From contig CM060733.1 of assembly GCA_030704615.1 (NCBI GenBank), forward strand, positions 46,376,001-46,440,000: a DNA stretch of 64,000 nucleotides. The letters run 5' to 3'. Both the position numbers and the translations under genes were made by a program. How positions within the stretch are numbered: the first letter of the stretch is position 1; every line of letters begins with the position of its first letter. Of the stretch, positions 1 through 11,219 are shown piece by piece. The DNA is from Takakia lepidozioides. Its lineage: Eukaryota; Plantae; Bryophyta. The notes beneath the pieces were generated by a model. It made no database searches. It had not been told where the DNA came from and saw only the letters and a program-made list of their open reading frames with translations.

Positions 1-3000
1 CACAGGAGTGCCCACCACCATTAGTACCAAAAAACCCAGCGCCAGAAGTGAACCCATAGTGGCCATACCCTCGAAGTCAGCTGCAGCTCGCAGGTACACA
101 CACACCCTCTCCTCCCCTCTTGCTCGAAACCCTCCGCTCCGAGACACTCTCTAAGTAATGTCCTGTGTGATCACTCTGCCTTCCTTCCTAGCGCTGCCTG
201 CGGATATACACTATAGCCAGCCTTGCAGACTACTCGACCCTGCATGCGATAAGCGTGATCTGTTCGCCAGTATCACAGTCGAATGTACTTAAATGCCCCC
301 GACTCCCAAGTGAGGTACACGCTGCTTTGGGTACTGCAAATCCTGTTGTCGACCCATAAAGCAACCACGCTGTAATAAGTTATTAGTCAATGAACTCTGG
401 GATCCAAGTCTCTGCATGCAAGTAGATAATGGACGTACAACCGCTTCTGGACGTGCTGACTGTCATGACACCTTCGAATACGACAAAACAGGAGCTTTCA
501 GAAGCACTTCAGGAGCTTCACGTGCTCCAACACATCTTGCTAGCCCTCCTTTTTTATTGTATTCTGCTTACATATTACCATTTGCTACTACCCATCTCAT
601 CGCTCACACTCTGCATCGCTGACACAAAACATGTGAACGATCAGCCTTTGGATTCCAGATGATGTGGCTTCAAATAATCACGTGGATAACTTCCGATGCA
701 GTGAATGTGGACTCCGGTGTGCTCCTCTCACGAAAGTACCTCCCAACGTGTCGGCAACTCTTGAAGGGTGATATTTATATATATATCTATATGCGTGTGT
801 GTGTGTGACATGTGTGTGTGTTGACGGTGGGCTGATCACCAACAACAAAGCACCCAAATATAGACCACCTCGAAAGTAGTTGTGTGGTTCAACTGAACCC
901 ACCGATGAGTGCCACAGAGGTGTCCACCTTCCTACTCTAAGGTAGCGACACCATAATCTACGCTTCCTTCTGGAGGCGTTGTTGTATATGATATTTTACC
1001 TTATGGAGGCGTTGTATATGTATTATATATATATAGTGCGGGAGTAGAAGGAGAACCCAGCTGCTCTCTGCCTTGGATGGGGAACTTAGGACGAGTCATT
1101 TGTAGGAGGATTTCTGACTCGCAAAATTGAGTGGAACGACTCCACCCCCTCCTGCTGGCAGCTCAATTAGTGTCAGGCGCTCCCCTATCCACCTAAGCGT
1201 AAAAGAGGCAGCATGTAGCCGTCTCGCTTCTTGTCCTCTCCTTGATCCACTAACTTACGGGACTTAGATTCTGTGTTTTCCTGTCTTCTCTCTCACGGAT
1301 ATTCTGACTTGAACTATGAGCGGTGTCTAGTTTTTCAGCTTTCATGAAAACTGTAAGGTTATTTTTTCCTTGCCTTTTTCAATAAACTGGGGCTTTATTC
1401 CCCTTTCTGCATATATATATATATATAAGAAGGAGACGTTGGAATTGACACATTGATCCGGAATGCCTAACATGGGCAAAAGGTCAAGTTTATGGTTCGA
1501 TCCACATTGGGCGGGTAGATGGGTTTTCACTTATCCTTTGAGTCCGAGTAAAATGTGTTAAGATTTAATTTTTGGTAATATAAAAATATACAACAATGTC
1601 GGAATTTGTGTTGAGGGTAAGGATAAAATCAGGGTATAAGTATTATAATGTATTATTAGAAGGACTATAAATCCAGAATTCTTTTTTAATTTACTTATAT
1701 ATATCATAAATATTATAATTAGATATATGTTAGATTATAATCAAGATATTACAACTCTGATGTCACCCGTACTCATACCCCTCATTCAAGGATACAATGA
1801 TGAAAGATAAGTGAAAATGTAAGGGAGTCAAAAAAGGATGACGCCTCCCCAAAGGAAGCCTACTATTGTAAATATACGACAATAATACAATATACCCTTA
1901 ACATACTGTACATATATATTTTTTATTTTTATTTTCTTTTGCGAGGTATACAGTATACACTCGAGTCCCAAAATCTGCTACACCAAGTTTATACATCTAG
2001 AATATATATCCAGATGTATAACCTGGTTTAGCAGATTTATATCCCGGCAGGTATACCCGAATGTAAGAAAATATCCATATAAATGAGCATAAAAGTATCA
2101 ATCTTTGGGTCGGAATAAGTACACCCCATTCCATACTTCGTGGGTAGCAAAAATTAATTTGCGAGATGGCTACAAAAGCAGAGAGTGAGTGGGAGGAACC
2201 AATGGTGGCCTCGCATGGAGGTGAGACTAGGGTTCTTTTCTTGGTAGTTAGTGTATAAGTGTCAAGGGATGAAGGGACCATGCGGGGGGATTCCCTACAA
2301 GGTCCCGTGTGGGCCAATTCGTAGGCGGGAAAATCTTTAAGCTCGGGAAGGCCCTTGTGGAGGGCGGGAATGCCCTCCACAAGGGCCTTCCCCTATAGTA
2401 CATTTTCACTTATGGCTTCCCGTGAAATCGTTTCTCAATAAACTGCTTGGTGATATGTCCCCCCTTATTGGCAGTCTGCTTTTCGGTAAACCATCAAAAT
2501 AAATAGTTATTTTTTAGAAAATTTACCCTTCATTGGAAGGGTCACTTATCATCCTTACGTCCTTATGGTGACACCGTTACACCTTGTGTGTGGCAGCATT
2601 CTACGCCTGCACGTGTTGTATCGCGGCCACGAGGATGTTTGAAGCTGTAAAGGCATCCTAAGCAACTCATTTCACCCGGAACAGTCATTGCCTTCTTTAT
2701 TTGAACCGATTGTAACTGGATCAACCTACATGCAGCTTTGAAGGAGGGCTTTCCAATGACATGTGTCCGAGGGTGATTGGGGGAGATGGTAAAATGTTGT
2801 GGCCATTTGATATGCGCGGCCGGAATGGTGACATAACGGTTCTGCAATTAATCACAGTGAAAAGGAGGCCCTGACCCAGATTTCAAATAGCCTTTAGTCT
2901 GCGATTAAGTTAGGTTTGACTGGGCATCCTAACACACAAGACTTCCTCCTTGCAATCTTTGTAAAATCTTGTGATTCAAGAGCTTTCTTCTCAAGCTCTC

Positions 3001-3330
3001 CAACTCTTTGGTGCATGTAACACCCGAGCACCTCTCCTTGTAACCCCTTGCAAGCCCTGTGATACAAGAGCTAAATTCTCCTAGCTCTCAACCTCCTTGA
3101 CATCCAAGTGCAAAACTAATCCTTACACTCCGTACTCACAAGCATAAGAAGATCTTCTTGTAGTGATAATGAGATGATAAATAGGGGCAGTGGAAGACAA
3201 TGAAAACTCTCAAAACATGAAGCACTCGCACTAAGAACAAGCCCTAGTCCTTCCAAATGAAATCCACTCTATCACATAAACTAAGTCAAGCCAAGGGCGG
3301 CACCTTTGCTAAAGGAATCCTCCCTACAAA

Positions 3331-3689
3331 GCTGTCAAGTTAAATAAGCACAGTGTGAAAACAGCTAGAATAAAACTAGTTATTTGTATTTAACACTTGG
3401 ATTTAGGTCAAGTGTTAAATCAGGTGTCAAGTTTAGTTTGACACCTGGTCCGTCTTATCTTCACGAGAGCGGCAGTCGCGCGGCTCATCTTTCTCGAGTT
3501 GAGCCTGCGCGACCGAGCTCCTGCATGTGTTTAGGTTTTAGTGTGCTTATGTAGGGATACAGGTTGTTGTGGGGTGGAGTCCCCATAGCTTGGGGTGCCC
3601 CTGGCTCGACTTCAGTTTCAATGAGTGATAGCGATGGATTTCATATTTCTTGTGTTGGAAGTGTATGTCCTTTTTAGCTTTGTTTATCA
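3331..3689 (+). repeat. Left arm of 359-bp inverted repeat (pairs with 5072-5430)
   Basis: Reverse complement of 5072-5430 with about 1 visible mismatch. ORFs 3547..3999(-) and 4714..5214(+) therefore share an identical C-terminal translation. Confidence 0.95.
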
Positions 3690-3800
3690 CTCGAGAGAGA
3701 TGAGCTTGCATTGTCAGTGCTAGATGTGAGTTTTTAGTTAGCACTAGTATACTTGTTTTTGTTTCAAAGCTTGTTTGAGAGCTGGTGAAGTGGAGAATTA
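3333..3800 (+). mobile_element. LTR-like repeat family 'Y' (starts TGTCAAGTT), copy A
   Basis: The same sequence recurs at 39302 onward, in diverged form at 62459 onward, and inverted at 5072-5430. It starts with TG and contains several hairpins. Right end approximate. Confidence 0.65.
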
Positions 3801-4863
3801 TGTAATCCATATATATATCTGTCGAGAACAGAATGCTTTGCTTTGTACAAGGTTGTTGGAAGGGGCTGAACTGAGAAGCCCATATTGTTGAAAGAAGGTA
3901 TTGCTTCCCGTAATATAGGTTAACCGGTGCATTGCCGGACACTGAAGGTCGAGCAGGTTCAATCTTCACCATGGGGGCCGGTCCAAGTACTAGTGGCATC
4001 TGAAATCACCGAGTCGAGCACAAGTAGAAGCATGTATTGGGGCTAGTGAGGCCACGAGAATGTAGAGCAGGCGGTGACAGTGTGCGGAACTGCTACCTGG
4101 GCATCGTGTTGGATTGCACGTCATCAGCCAATGCGTGCAGATGTCGATTGTACTTATTGGTGATGTAATGCGTCAACTCTTGAGCAATATCATTTCACTG
4201 GGACGTCTCTATCACTGCGATTTTCTTGTGGAAACAGGGTAGAGCTTTGTATTATTCTGATTTTCACTGCATCGGGTGTATCATTCGGGAAGCTGGAAGA
4301 TTCCCGCCCTTCTTCATGCCTGCTAGGCTCAGGGTGGAAGGTTCAAACTACTGCGGGCTGCTGGAGAGCTAGTAGGAGGTCTGCCACCTATCAGCCTCTG
4401 TCGGCTGCTGCTGGTCACATTGGGTTTTATTTTATTTTATTTGTCTTAAAAAAATTCTCCAGCTTGCGGATCTTTTGCATCAACATGAGGGATGCAGAAG
4501 ACGATTGTCTAAGCGACATTCCAGACAAAGGAAGCTACGACATCAGCTATTGAAGAAATCAGAGCGAAGTATAAAACCCATTGATTCATGTACCTGGTAG
4601 CCAGGTGTTTGAAGCCTGAAAAGTGGTCGGCCACCTTTGGACTGGTGATTTGCGTGGACCTGTATGAGACCCCATGAGACCGCCTGCTTTGATACTCTGC
4701 ATAAAAAAGGGTCTTGAATGCAAAGGTACCCAACCAAGGAAGCCAGCCAGTTGGGTTAACAATTACTCCCAAATGTACCGTGCGAGAATACAATTTCCAG
4801 GGTCGCTCCAGATACGTTGGGAACTGGTCTGAATTCTTTGTGAGTTGGGTTGTTCCACCGAAG

Positions 4864-5071
4864 GCGGAGTTGATCGGATATTCGGCAGGTGAGACTAGTC
4901 TGTTCCTGGTTTACGAGTTGGTTGAGAAGGGAGCTCTCACCGATCGTCTTCATAACGCTGCTGCAAATGGGCATCGGCCATTACCGTGGTCAGGCAGAGT
5001 GCAGATAGCCTTGGATGTAGCGAGGGGGCTGGAGTACATCCACGATTACACCAAGGCCCACTATGTCCACC
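4864..5071 (+). pseudogene. LysM receptor-like kinase (LYK/CERK1 family) kinase-domain fragment
   Basis: [29 protein letters not shown]...[31 protein letters not shown] covers subdomains IV-VIa and is cut just before the catalytic HRD by the inverted repeat. [10 protein letters not shown] resembles LYK3-type kinases. Confidence 0.8.
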
Positions 5072-5430
5072 TGATAAACAAAGCTAAAAAGGACATACAC
5101 TTCCAACACAAGAAATATGAAATCCATCGCTATCACTCATTGAAACTGAAGTCGAGCCAGGGGCACCCCAAGCTATGGGGACTCCACCCCACAACAACCT
5201 GTATCCCTACATAAGCACACTAAAACCTAAACACATGCAGGAGCTCGGTCGCGCAGGCTCAACTCGAGAAAGATGAGCCGCGCGACTGCCGCTCTCGTGA
5301 AGATAAGACGGACCAGGTGTCAAACTAAACTTGACACCTGATTTAACACTTGACCTAAATCCAAGTGTTAAATACAAATAACAAGTTTTATTCTAGCTGT
5401 TTTCACACTGTGCTTATTTAACTTGACAGC
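5072..5430 (-). repeat. Right arm of 359-bp inverted repeat (truncated inverted Y copy)
   Basis: Reverse complement of 3331-3689. Confidence 0.95.
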
Positions 5431-5515
5431 TGTCGTGCGCATACATATCGCTACACAACTACATCGCTGTCCAAACCACACCACACATATATGCACAATA
5501 AAGTAGTCTAGCACA
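5431..5515 (-). repeat. 3' LTR segment of the DNMT-Gypsy element (TGTGCTAGAC...GCACGACA)
   Basis: Begins with TG immediately after the purine tract; 81 bp of it recur inverted at 14382-14462. Confidence 0.7.
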
Positions 5516-5530
5516 ATCGCCCCCTAGCTG
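5516..5530 (-). promoter_or_regulatory. Polypurine tract (PPT)
   Basis: AGCTAGGGGGCGAT on the minus strand, downstream of pol and abutting the TG of the LTR. Confidence 0.65.
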
Positions 5531-5774
5531 GTGGATAGGTCCCTCTACCTCCAGATAGCTACAAGATGTAATAGCCACAGCCGTACTAAGTCCTCTATCA
5601 CTGTCTTTATCGAGCTCAAACTCTATCAACCAAGAGGCCGGGTACAAGAGTAGCCCCATCGTTAGTCGCCGTCTTGCAATCTATGAACTTGAGCCAAGAT
5701 CTCGTGTGTTCAAGGTCTCCTAGTAGCTGGGCCTTGCGTTTCTTGTTAGCCTCCCATGGTTGTATCCACTCCCA

Positions 5775-8765
5775 CTATCCAATGCAATGTGGACATAACC
5801 AATCTCCATCCGGAACCATCTCAAGAGGTGGAGTCAAGCACCCCATATGCCAACCTCTAGAGCATCGATCACACACCAGCATGGTGGCTGCCCCTTTAGC
5901 AGACCCACACAACATGCACCTCAAACCTGCAGATACCACTGCCAGGTTTGGGTCAATCCTGCCATCGACATTCGGAAGGTGACATGGCGCACAATTACGC
6001 ACATGGTCCTTCCAAGTGATGCCATCCCGACCCTCCAAGACCAAGACGCCTGAGGGCAAGACCTCTCGAACCCTCAAAATAACACGTCCTGCAGTCACAT
6101 CCAGGGTCGTAGGAGCAGTCTGCTGCAGATAGACATAGTCACCAGGGTTGAATCTCCGAACCCCAGGACGATAGCCCCCACCACGTATGGTAGCATACCT
6201 CAACGTATCACGGTGTTGTGCAATGGCAAGGTTCTCGAAAGCCATAGGCATGACTCTCTTGAACAACTCTGCACGCTGCTCACATGCACGTGCCCACACG
6301 TCCGGATCGTCAAGGTTAAGAACTGTAGCAGCTTCTCTGCGAATGGATGTAGGCAAATCCGGCTCTCGGCCAAAGAGAAGAAAGTATGGTGAGAAAGAGG
6401 CAAGTGATGCTTGCTTGCTGAACCTGTAGCCCATGGCTAACCAGGGTAACTGAAGGTCCCAATCTCCTAGGTGTCCCTTCTGCAAGCCATACTTGCGCAA
6501 ACCCCTCTTCACTGTCTGAACAACTCTCTCTGCCAAGCCATCAGCTTCAGGATGATCCCGAGAAGTGGTGCGGTGGTCTATCAAGGCCTTGTCACACAAA
6601 GCCTGAAACTCCCCCAAGAACTCTCTCCCTTGGTCCGTGAGTACCTCAGCTGGAGCACCGAATCGGCTAAGCACACAATCCAGGAATGCATACGCAGCTC
6701 CCTCACTAGCCTTATCAGGCAATGGAACCAATTCAATCCACTTGGAGAAGTGCTCCACCATCACCAACACGTACTTGTTGTGGCGCATGGTCAGTGGCAA
6801 CGGCCCTGCGAAGTCAAGACTCCACCTGTAGCCCAATCCCATGATCGGAAGAGGGTGCAATTGTGGAGTAGGGGCGTTGAATGAAGCACGCACCCTGTCA
6901 CACACCATGCACCTAGCCACAAATTGTTGCACCTCTGTGTGCATACCACGCCACCAATACTGCCCCTGCAGTAGACTATGAGTGCGTCGCACCCCAAAAT
7001 GCCCCAACTCCTCATGGGCATGCCGCACTAACTGTGCCCGCTGTGTTGGGTGAGGCACAATCCTCACTCGACCATCCTCCCACACTCGGAGCAGGTGTGT
7101 CCCCTCCCACCTGAACCTCTTGGCTCGTTGTAGGATCCGATCCCTCTCCTTGGCAGTCATAATGGCTGCCGTGTCTCCACTGCGGAGGTAGTCCAACACA
7201 ACTGAATCCTCATGTATATCTTTGGCGCCACCCTGCTCATTGCTGGCCTCAGGGTCCGCAGACACTTGATCTACAGTCATCCCTGTTGTAGGTCCAACCT
7301 GGCCTTCCACTGCCAAGATACACAGAAATGCAGATGCATGCCATCCGGGCACCATCTCCTCGTCCGTCTCACCATGCCACCGAGCTCCAGTGTCATCCTG
7401 CTGGCTCGTGCATGGATTGCGACTCAACCCATCTGCATTTCGATTGACCAAACCCGGTCGATGCACCACCTGAAAGTCATACTCTTGAAGGATGAGTGCC
7501 CACCGTGCAAGCTTCCCCGTAAGCTTGTCTGACTCCATCAACCACTTGAGTGGTTGGTGATCCGTGACAAGGGTGAAGAGATTGCCGTATAGATAGCACC
7601 TGAAGTGTGCCACGGCCCACACTGCAGCTAAGCATTCTCCCTCATATGAGCTATACTTAGACTCTGCAGCATTGTTCGAGCGACTAGCATAAGCCACTAC
7701 GAACTCTCTTCCCTCATCATCCACCTGTGTGAGCACCGCTCCAAGCCCCAGCATGCTCCAATCTGTATGCAGCTGAAAAGGACGCCCCCTGATAGGTCGT
7801 CTCAAGATAGGCGCCGAGGTCAACCTCGCCTTGAGCTCTTGAAAAGCTTGTTCTTGCTCATCTTCCCACTGCCACTCCTGGTCCACCTTGGTCAGCTTGG
7901 TTAGAGCCTTTGCAATGGCACTAAATCCCTTAACAAACCGTCTGTAATAGTTTGCTAACCCCATGAAAGCTCGAACTCGGCTCACATCCGTGGGACGTGG
8001 AACCTGTGCAATGGACTCTACCTTAGTCTGCTGTACCCCCAATCCTCCAGGATATATCATGTGACCCAGGTACTCAATCTGGTTGTGGAAAAACTTGCAC
8101 TTGCCCGGATGTAACTTCAATCCGTGCGTCCTCAAGCGCTCAAATACCCCCTGAAGGTGTCTCTCATGCTCCTCCACCGCAGCACTAAAGATGATGATGT
8201 CATCTATGTAGCACCGAGCAAACTCCACCCCTGCTAGAATCCTGTCCATGACTCTTTGAAACTCAGCGGGAGCGTTTTTAAGCCCAAATGGTAAGAATCG
8301 CCACTGGTATAGGCAATCCTTCCCGTGCTCATTGATCCCCCAGAATGCCGTCTTTTGCTTATCCGCCTCCTTGATCGGCAACTGGTGATATCCGGATCGT
8401 AAATCCAACGTGCTAAAGACCTTGGAATGCCCAATGGCATCAAAGATCTCCTCTGGTGTTGGCATGGCATACCTATCGGACTTGGTCTGATGATTTACAG
8501 GCCGGTAATCACCGCACATACGTCTCTCCGTCCAATTGCCATAGACATCCTTCTTAGCTGGCATCACTGTGGCTGAAGCATACTCTCCACCAGAGAGCTC
8601 CACCAAACCTGCCTCCCAGAGATCTTGAGTCCTCATCTGAATCAAAGACCTCTCCATGTCACTGTATCTATAGGGTCTCCGAAAGATTGGCGTGTCAGTG
8701 GCCAACTCAATACGATCTCTTGACCCTTCAGTGCTCCCAAGTCCTTCAAACTGAAGGCAAAGCAA
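5775..8765 (-). CDS. pol: Pol: reverse transcriptase, RNase H, integrase, C-terminal PHD finger
   Basis: 996-aa open frame with [27 protein letters not shown]; TDWS/TDHQPL; H-H-C-C zinc finger, LDFAGP, TDQG, ERVVQT; ends CMLC...CDRC...HMGC...WLCPHC (C4HC3). Confidence 0.95.
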   Translation of the reverse strand: MLCLQFEGLGSTEGSRDRIELATDTPIFRRPYRYSDMERSLIQMRTQDLWEAGLVELSGGEYASATVMPAKKDVYGNWTERRMCGDYRPVNHQTKSDRYAMPTPEEIFDAIGHSKVFSTLDLRSGYHQLPIKEADKQKTAFWGINEHGKDCLYQWRFLPFGLKNAPAEFQRVMDRILAGVEFARCYIDDIIIFSAAVEEHERHLQGVFERLRTHGLKLHPGKCKFFHNQIEYLGHMIYPGGLGVQQTKVESIAQVPRPTDVSRVRAFMGLANYYRRFVKGFSAIAKALTKLTKVDQEWQWEDEQEQAFQELKARLTSAPILRRPIRGRPFQLHTDWSMLGLGAVLTQVDDEGREFVVAYASRSNNAAESKYSSYEGECLAAVWAVAHFRCYLYGNLFTLVTDHQPLKWLMESDKLTGKLARWALILQEYDFQVVHRPGLVNRNADGLSRNPCTSQQDDTGARWHGETDEEMVPGWHASAFLCILAVEGQVGPTTGMTVDQVSADPEASNEQGGAKDIHEDSVVLDYLRSGDTAAIMTAKERDRILQRAKRFRWEGTHLLRVWEDGRVRIVPHPTQRAQLVRHAHEELGHFGVRRTHSLLQGQYWWRGMHTEVQQFVARCMVCDRVRASFNAPTPQLHPLPIMGLGYRWSLDFAGPLPLTMRHNKYVLVMVEHFSKWIELVPLPDKASEGAAYAFLDCVLSRFGAPAEVLTDQGREFLGEFQALCDKALIDHRTTSRDHPEADGLAERVVQTVKRGLRKYGLQKGHLGDWDLQLPWLAMGYRFSKQASLASFSPYFLLFGREPDLPTSIRREAATVLNLDDPDVWARACEQRAELFKRVMPMAFENLAIAQHRDTLRYATIRGGGYRPGVRRFNPGDYVYLQQTAPTTLDVTAGRVILRVREVLPSGVLVLEGRDGITWKDHVRNCAPCHLPNVDGRIDPNLAVVSAGLRCMLCGSAKGAATMLVCDRCSRGWHMGCLTPPLEMVPDGDWLCPHCIG

Positions 8766-9199
8766 TTCCTGTAAGCCCTCAGGAACCGCCGTATACGTCG
8801 TCTCTCTCCTCCGGTGACAATGGGTCCAATATCAGGCTCCCAATTGTCCTCCGTAACTGCAACCTTAAGTCCAGTGGGCTTAGAGGTAGAGGACGCGTCC
8901 CGTGGTTGCTATGCTGCAACCTCTTGAGCAGTACCCCCTTCCTGCTCAGTCAATGACAAGGCCTCATCCTGCCCCATCATCTCATCATTGAGAACCTCCT
9001 CATCCCGAGAAGAATCCCCACCCTCATCCATCACAGCTGCCTTCGCTGCCAACTCCCTCTGAACCTCGAGCACCTCCCACATGTGTCATGGATGTCTACA
9101 CCTCGTGGTCCTCACCGGCTCGCCCCCACTCGCTGCCTGTACCGTCTCGGTAGGCAGAGAGACCATCAAGGGAAGTGCACTCCGCACTCTACGTTGCTC

Positions 9200-10165
9200 A
9201 GCCATAGCCAAGCTGACAATCCAGGTCAAGCAATTGAGATCCATTGCTTGCCCCAACACCTGACGACGTGATGCTTCAGAAAGAGAAGGCACCGCCGTGG
9301 TCCCAGTGGAAAACCCCATAGCCCGCTCTCGCTCGTCGGCATTAGGCTCCACTAACTGCTGCAACTGAGCATCCCACAGGAGGCCAGGTCCACCATCCCG
9401 AAAAGCATGGGATCCTGGGAAGCTGAGCAGTGTAGGTAATGCTGCTCGTGGTTGACCCACCCTATTGACCACTGCCAAAGGCGAACGGTCATCGTGTCTC
9501 ACACGTTGAGACTGCCTTCCTGTGTCCAAAATGCCATCCACGGTGAGGTGTGCTGGCCGCTGCACCCCATCAAATGCACGCTTGAGCAGTGCGGGTGGCA
9601 TCAAGTTAGTCACCATAGTCGTGGACGACGAGCCCGTGACCCCACTGCAGCTGCATCCAGCAACACTGCTGACCCAAGCCACGACCGGACTTGATGCACA
9701 CTGGCCATCACCCTGGCCCGAGAATCACCCATCAGTGGTACATTCTCCAAGATGTATGCTGGAGATACAGCTTGATGAAGCTGCAAGCAACGCAAAATCC
9801 GCACCATCTCCCAAAACAGACCCGTCCTCGAGTCTCGTAATCCATTGCCATGCCCGGCTGATGAATGCCCTTGGCAGGGCCAACCTGCCACTATCAGATC
9901 AATAGAGCCAACCTGCTCCAAATCTTGCGCCCCCAACAAGGAAATGTCTGCTGGCAAGGCTTGTTGGTATCCACGAACTGCAGACACAGGCAACAAGTCA
10001 GGGTACTGCTGTACCAACTGAGCCACATGGCGCAGTGAGACGCGTCGTGCAGCTCATCCCTCTCCACATACAGGTAACGCCTTACCCGCAACACCTGCCT
10101 GTAGCACAGCAGCCAATCCGGTGCTGATCCCGCCAAACAAGTCCAGAAGGCAAATGCCTTCATCC
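9200..10165 (-). pseudogene. DNMT3-like C5-cytosine DNA methyltransferase domain inside gag-pol (frameshifted in this sequence)
   Basis: Motif I LLDLFGGISTG, IV AGWPCQG, VI LENV, VIII DAAAVGSRARRPRLW, IX ERERAMGF, X RRQVLGQAM, in canonical non-permuted order across ORFs 10054-10272, 9610-10026 and 9086-9682. Confidence 0.9.
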
Positions 10166-10559
10166 GGCCGCTGCCATAAAGAGGTGTGGTGTCCAATGGC
10201 GACAACTGAGGTGGCCCTGGTGCAATCACCGAACTTTCCTCCTCTCCTGACGGTACAAAAGCTTCTTCCCAAGCTTGTTGCACCCGTCCATCAGCAGCTT
10301 GCTGCAAATCTTTGCTCGTACCCCACAACGGGGTGTGAGCAACCATGGCAGGCAACTCCGCCGTACCATGCATGTCATCCTGCTCTGCTGGAGGTGGCAC
10401 ATCCTCTGCATGGACATTGCCTTCCAGCAACTCTCCAGGCCAACTAACGGCAGCTGTGAAGGCGGCTAGTGTTGGCATCTGGCCCCGCTGGGCAGCTGCA
10501 ATACCCCCAATGAATGTCACAGGGAGCTGTGCACGGCGACCATCCCTTGACTGCCATCC

Positions 10560-10880
10560 AGGCCTGTAGGATGCTGACTCCTCCCAGAAATCCAGGGTGA
10601 AGCCCATGGGGTATAACACTGCCCCACCAACGAGGACATCGTAAGAGACCGCGTCTGTCACAATGGCCTTGGCTCGCATCACTGAGCCATCTACAGGATG
10701 ATCCGGCTGCAGTCTAATAGCCAACTGATGTCGTGTCATGCCGCGAGCCTGCTCTGATCCTCCCAGAGATGTCTGTATCTGGAAAGGACAAGGCTCCATA
10801 TCCGCCTCCATGAGGCCCAAACCTGCAATAGCAGCTCTGCCCAACATCAGTGGCTGAGCTCCTGAGTCCAACAAGACCCG
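10560..10880 (-). CDS. Retropepsin aspartic protease domain
   Basis: LLDSGAQPLMLG...YDVLVGGAVL in ORF 9894..10874. Confidence 0.8.
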
Positions 10881-11219
10881 CAGTGGCCGGTACTTCTTCT
10901 TGCCTGCCGCTCCCCAACTCCAAAAGGCAATGGCCTCGCCTGGCTTGGCAGCTCCGTCAACCTAGTAGCTGCAGCTTGCCAGGGCGCGCCGTGGCAGTCT
11001 TGACCCTCAAATCCGAGGATCCTCTGCACTACACCTTCCACTAACTCCGCAGAAGATGAAGTGACCTCCCCACTCTCACAGAGTGTTGCTGCTAGTCTGA
11101 ACACTGCAGCTGGTCTCACCCGGCGTCGCAATCATTGTTGCCGAGAACAGTGGGGTCTGACACACAGAGGTGGCTGCCCCCAATAACACACCGGCCGCAC
11201 TAGCCTTGGCAGCAGGAGT

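Noticed and set aside
1-3330. Possible genes or LTR pieces in the first 3.3 kb
   Set aside because: The short ORFs have no recognisable motifs. The region is probably repeat-derived, but I cannot support boundaries or identity.
3547-5214. ORFs 3547-3999(-) and 4714-5214(+) as paralogous genes
   Set aside because: Their identical C-termini are just translations of the inverted repeat; only the kinase segment looks coding.
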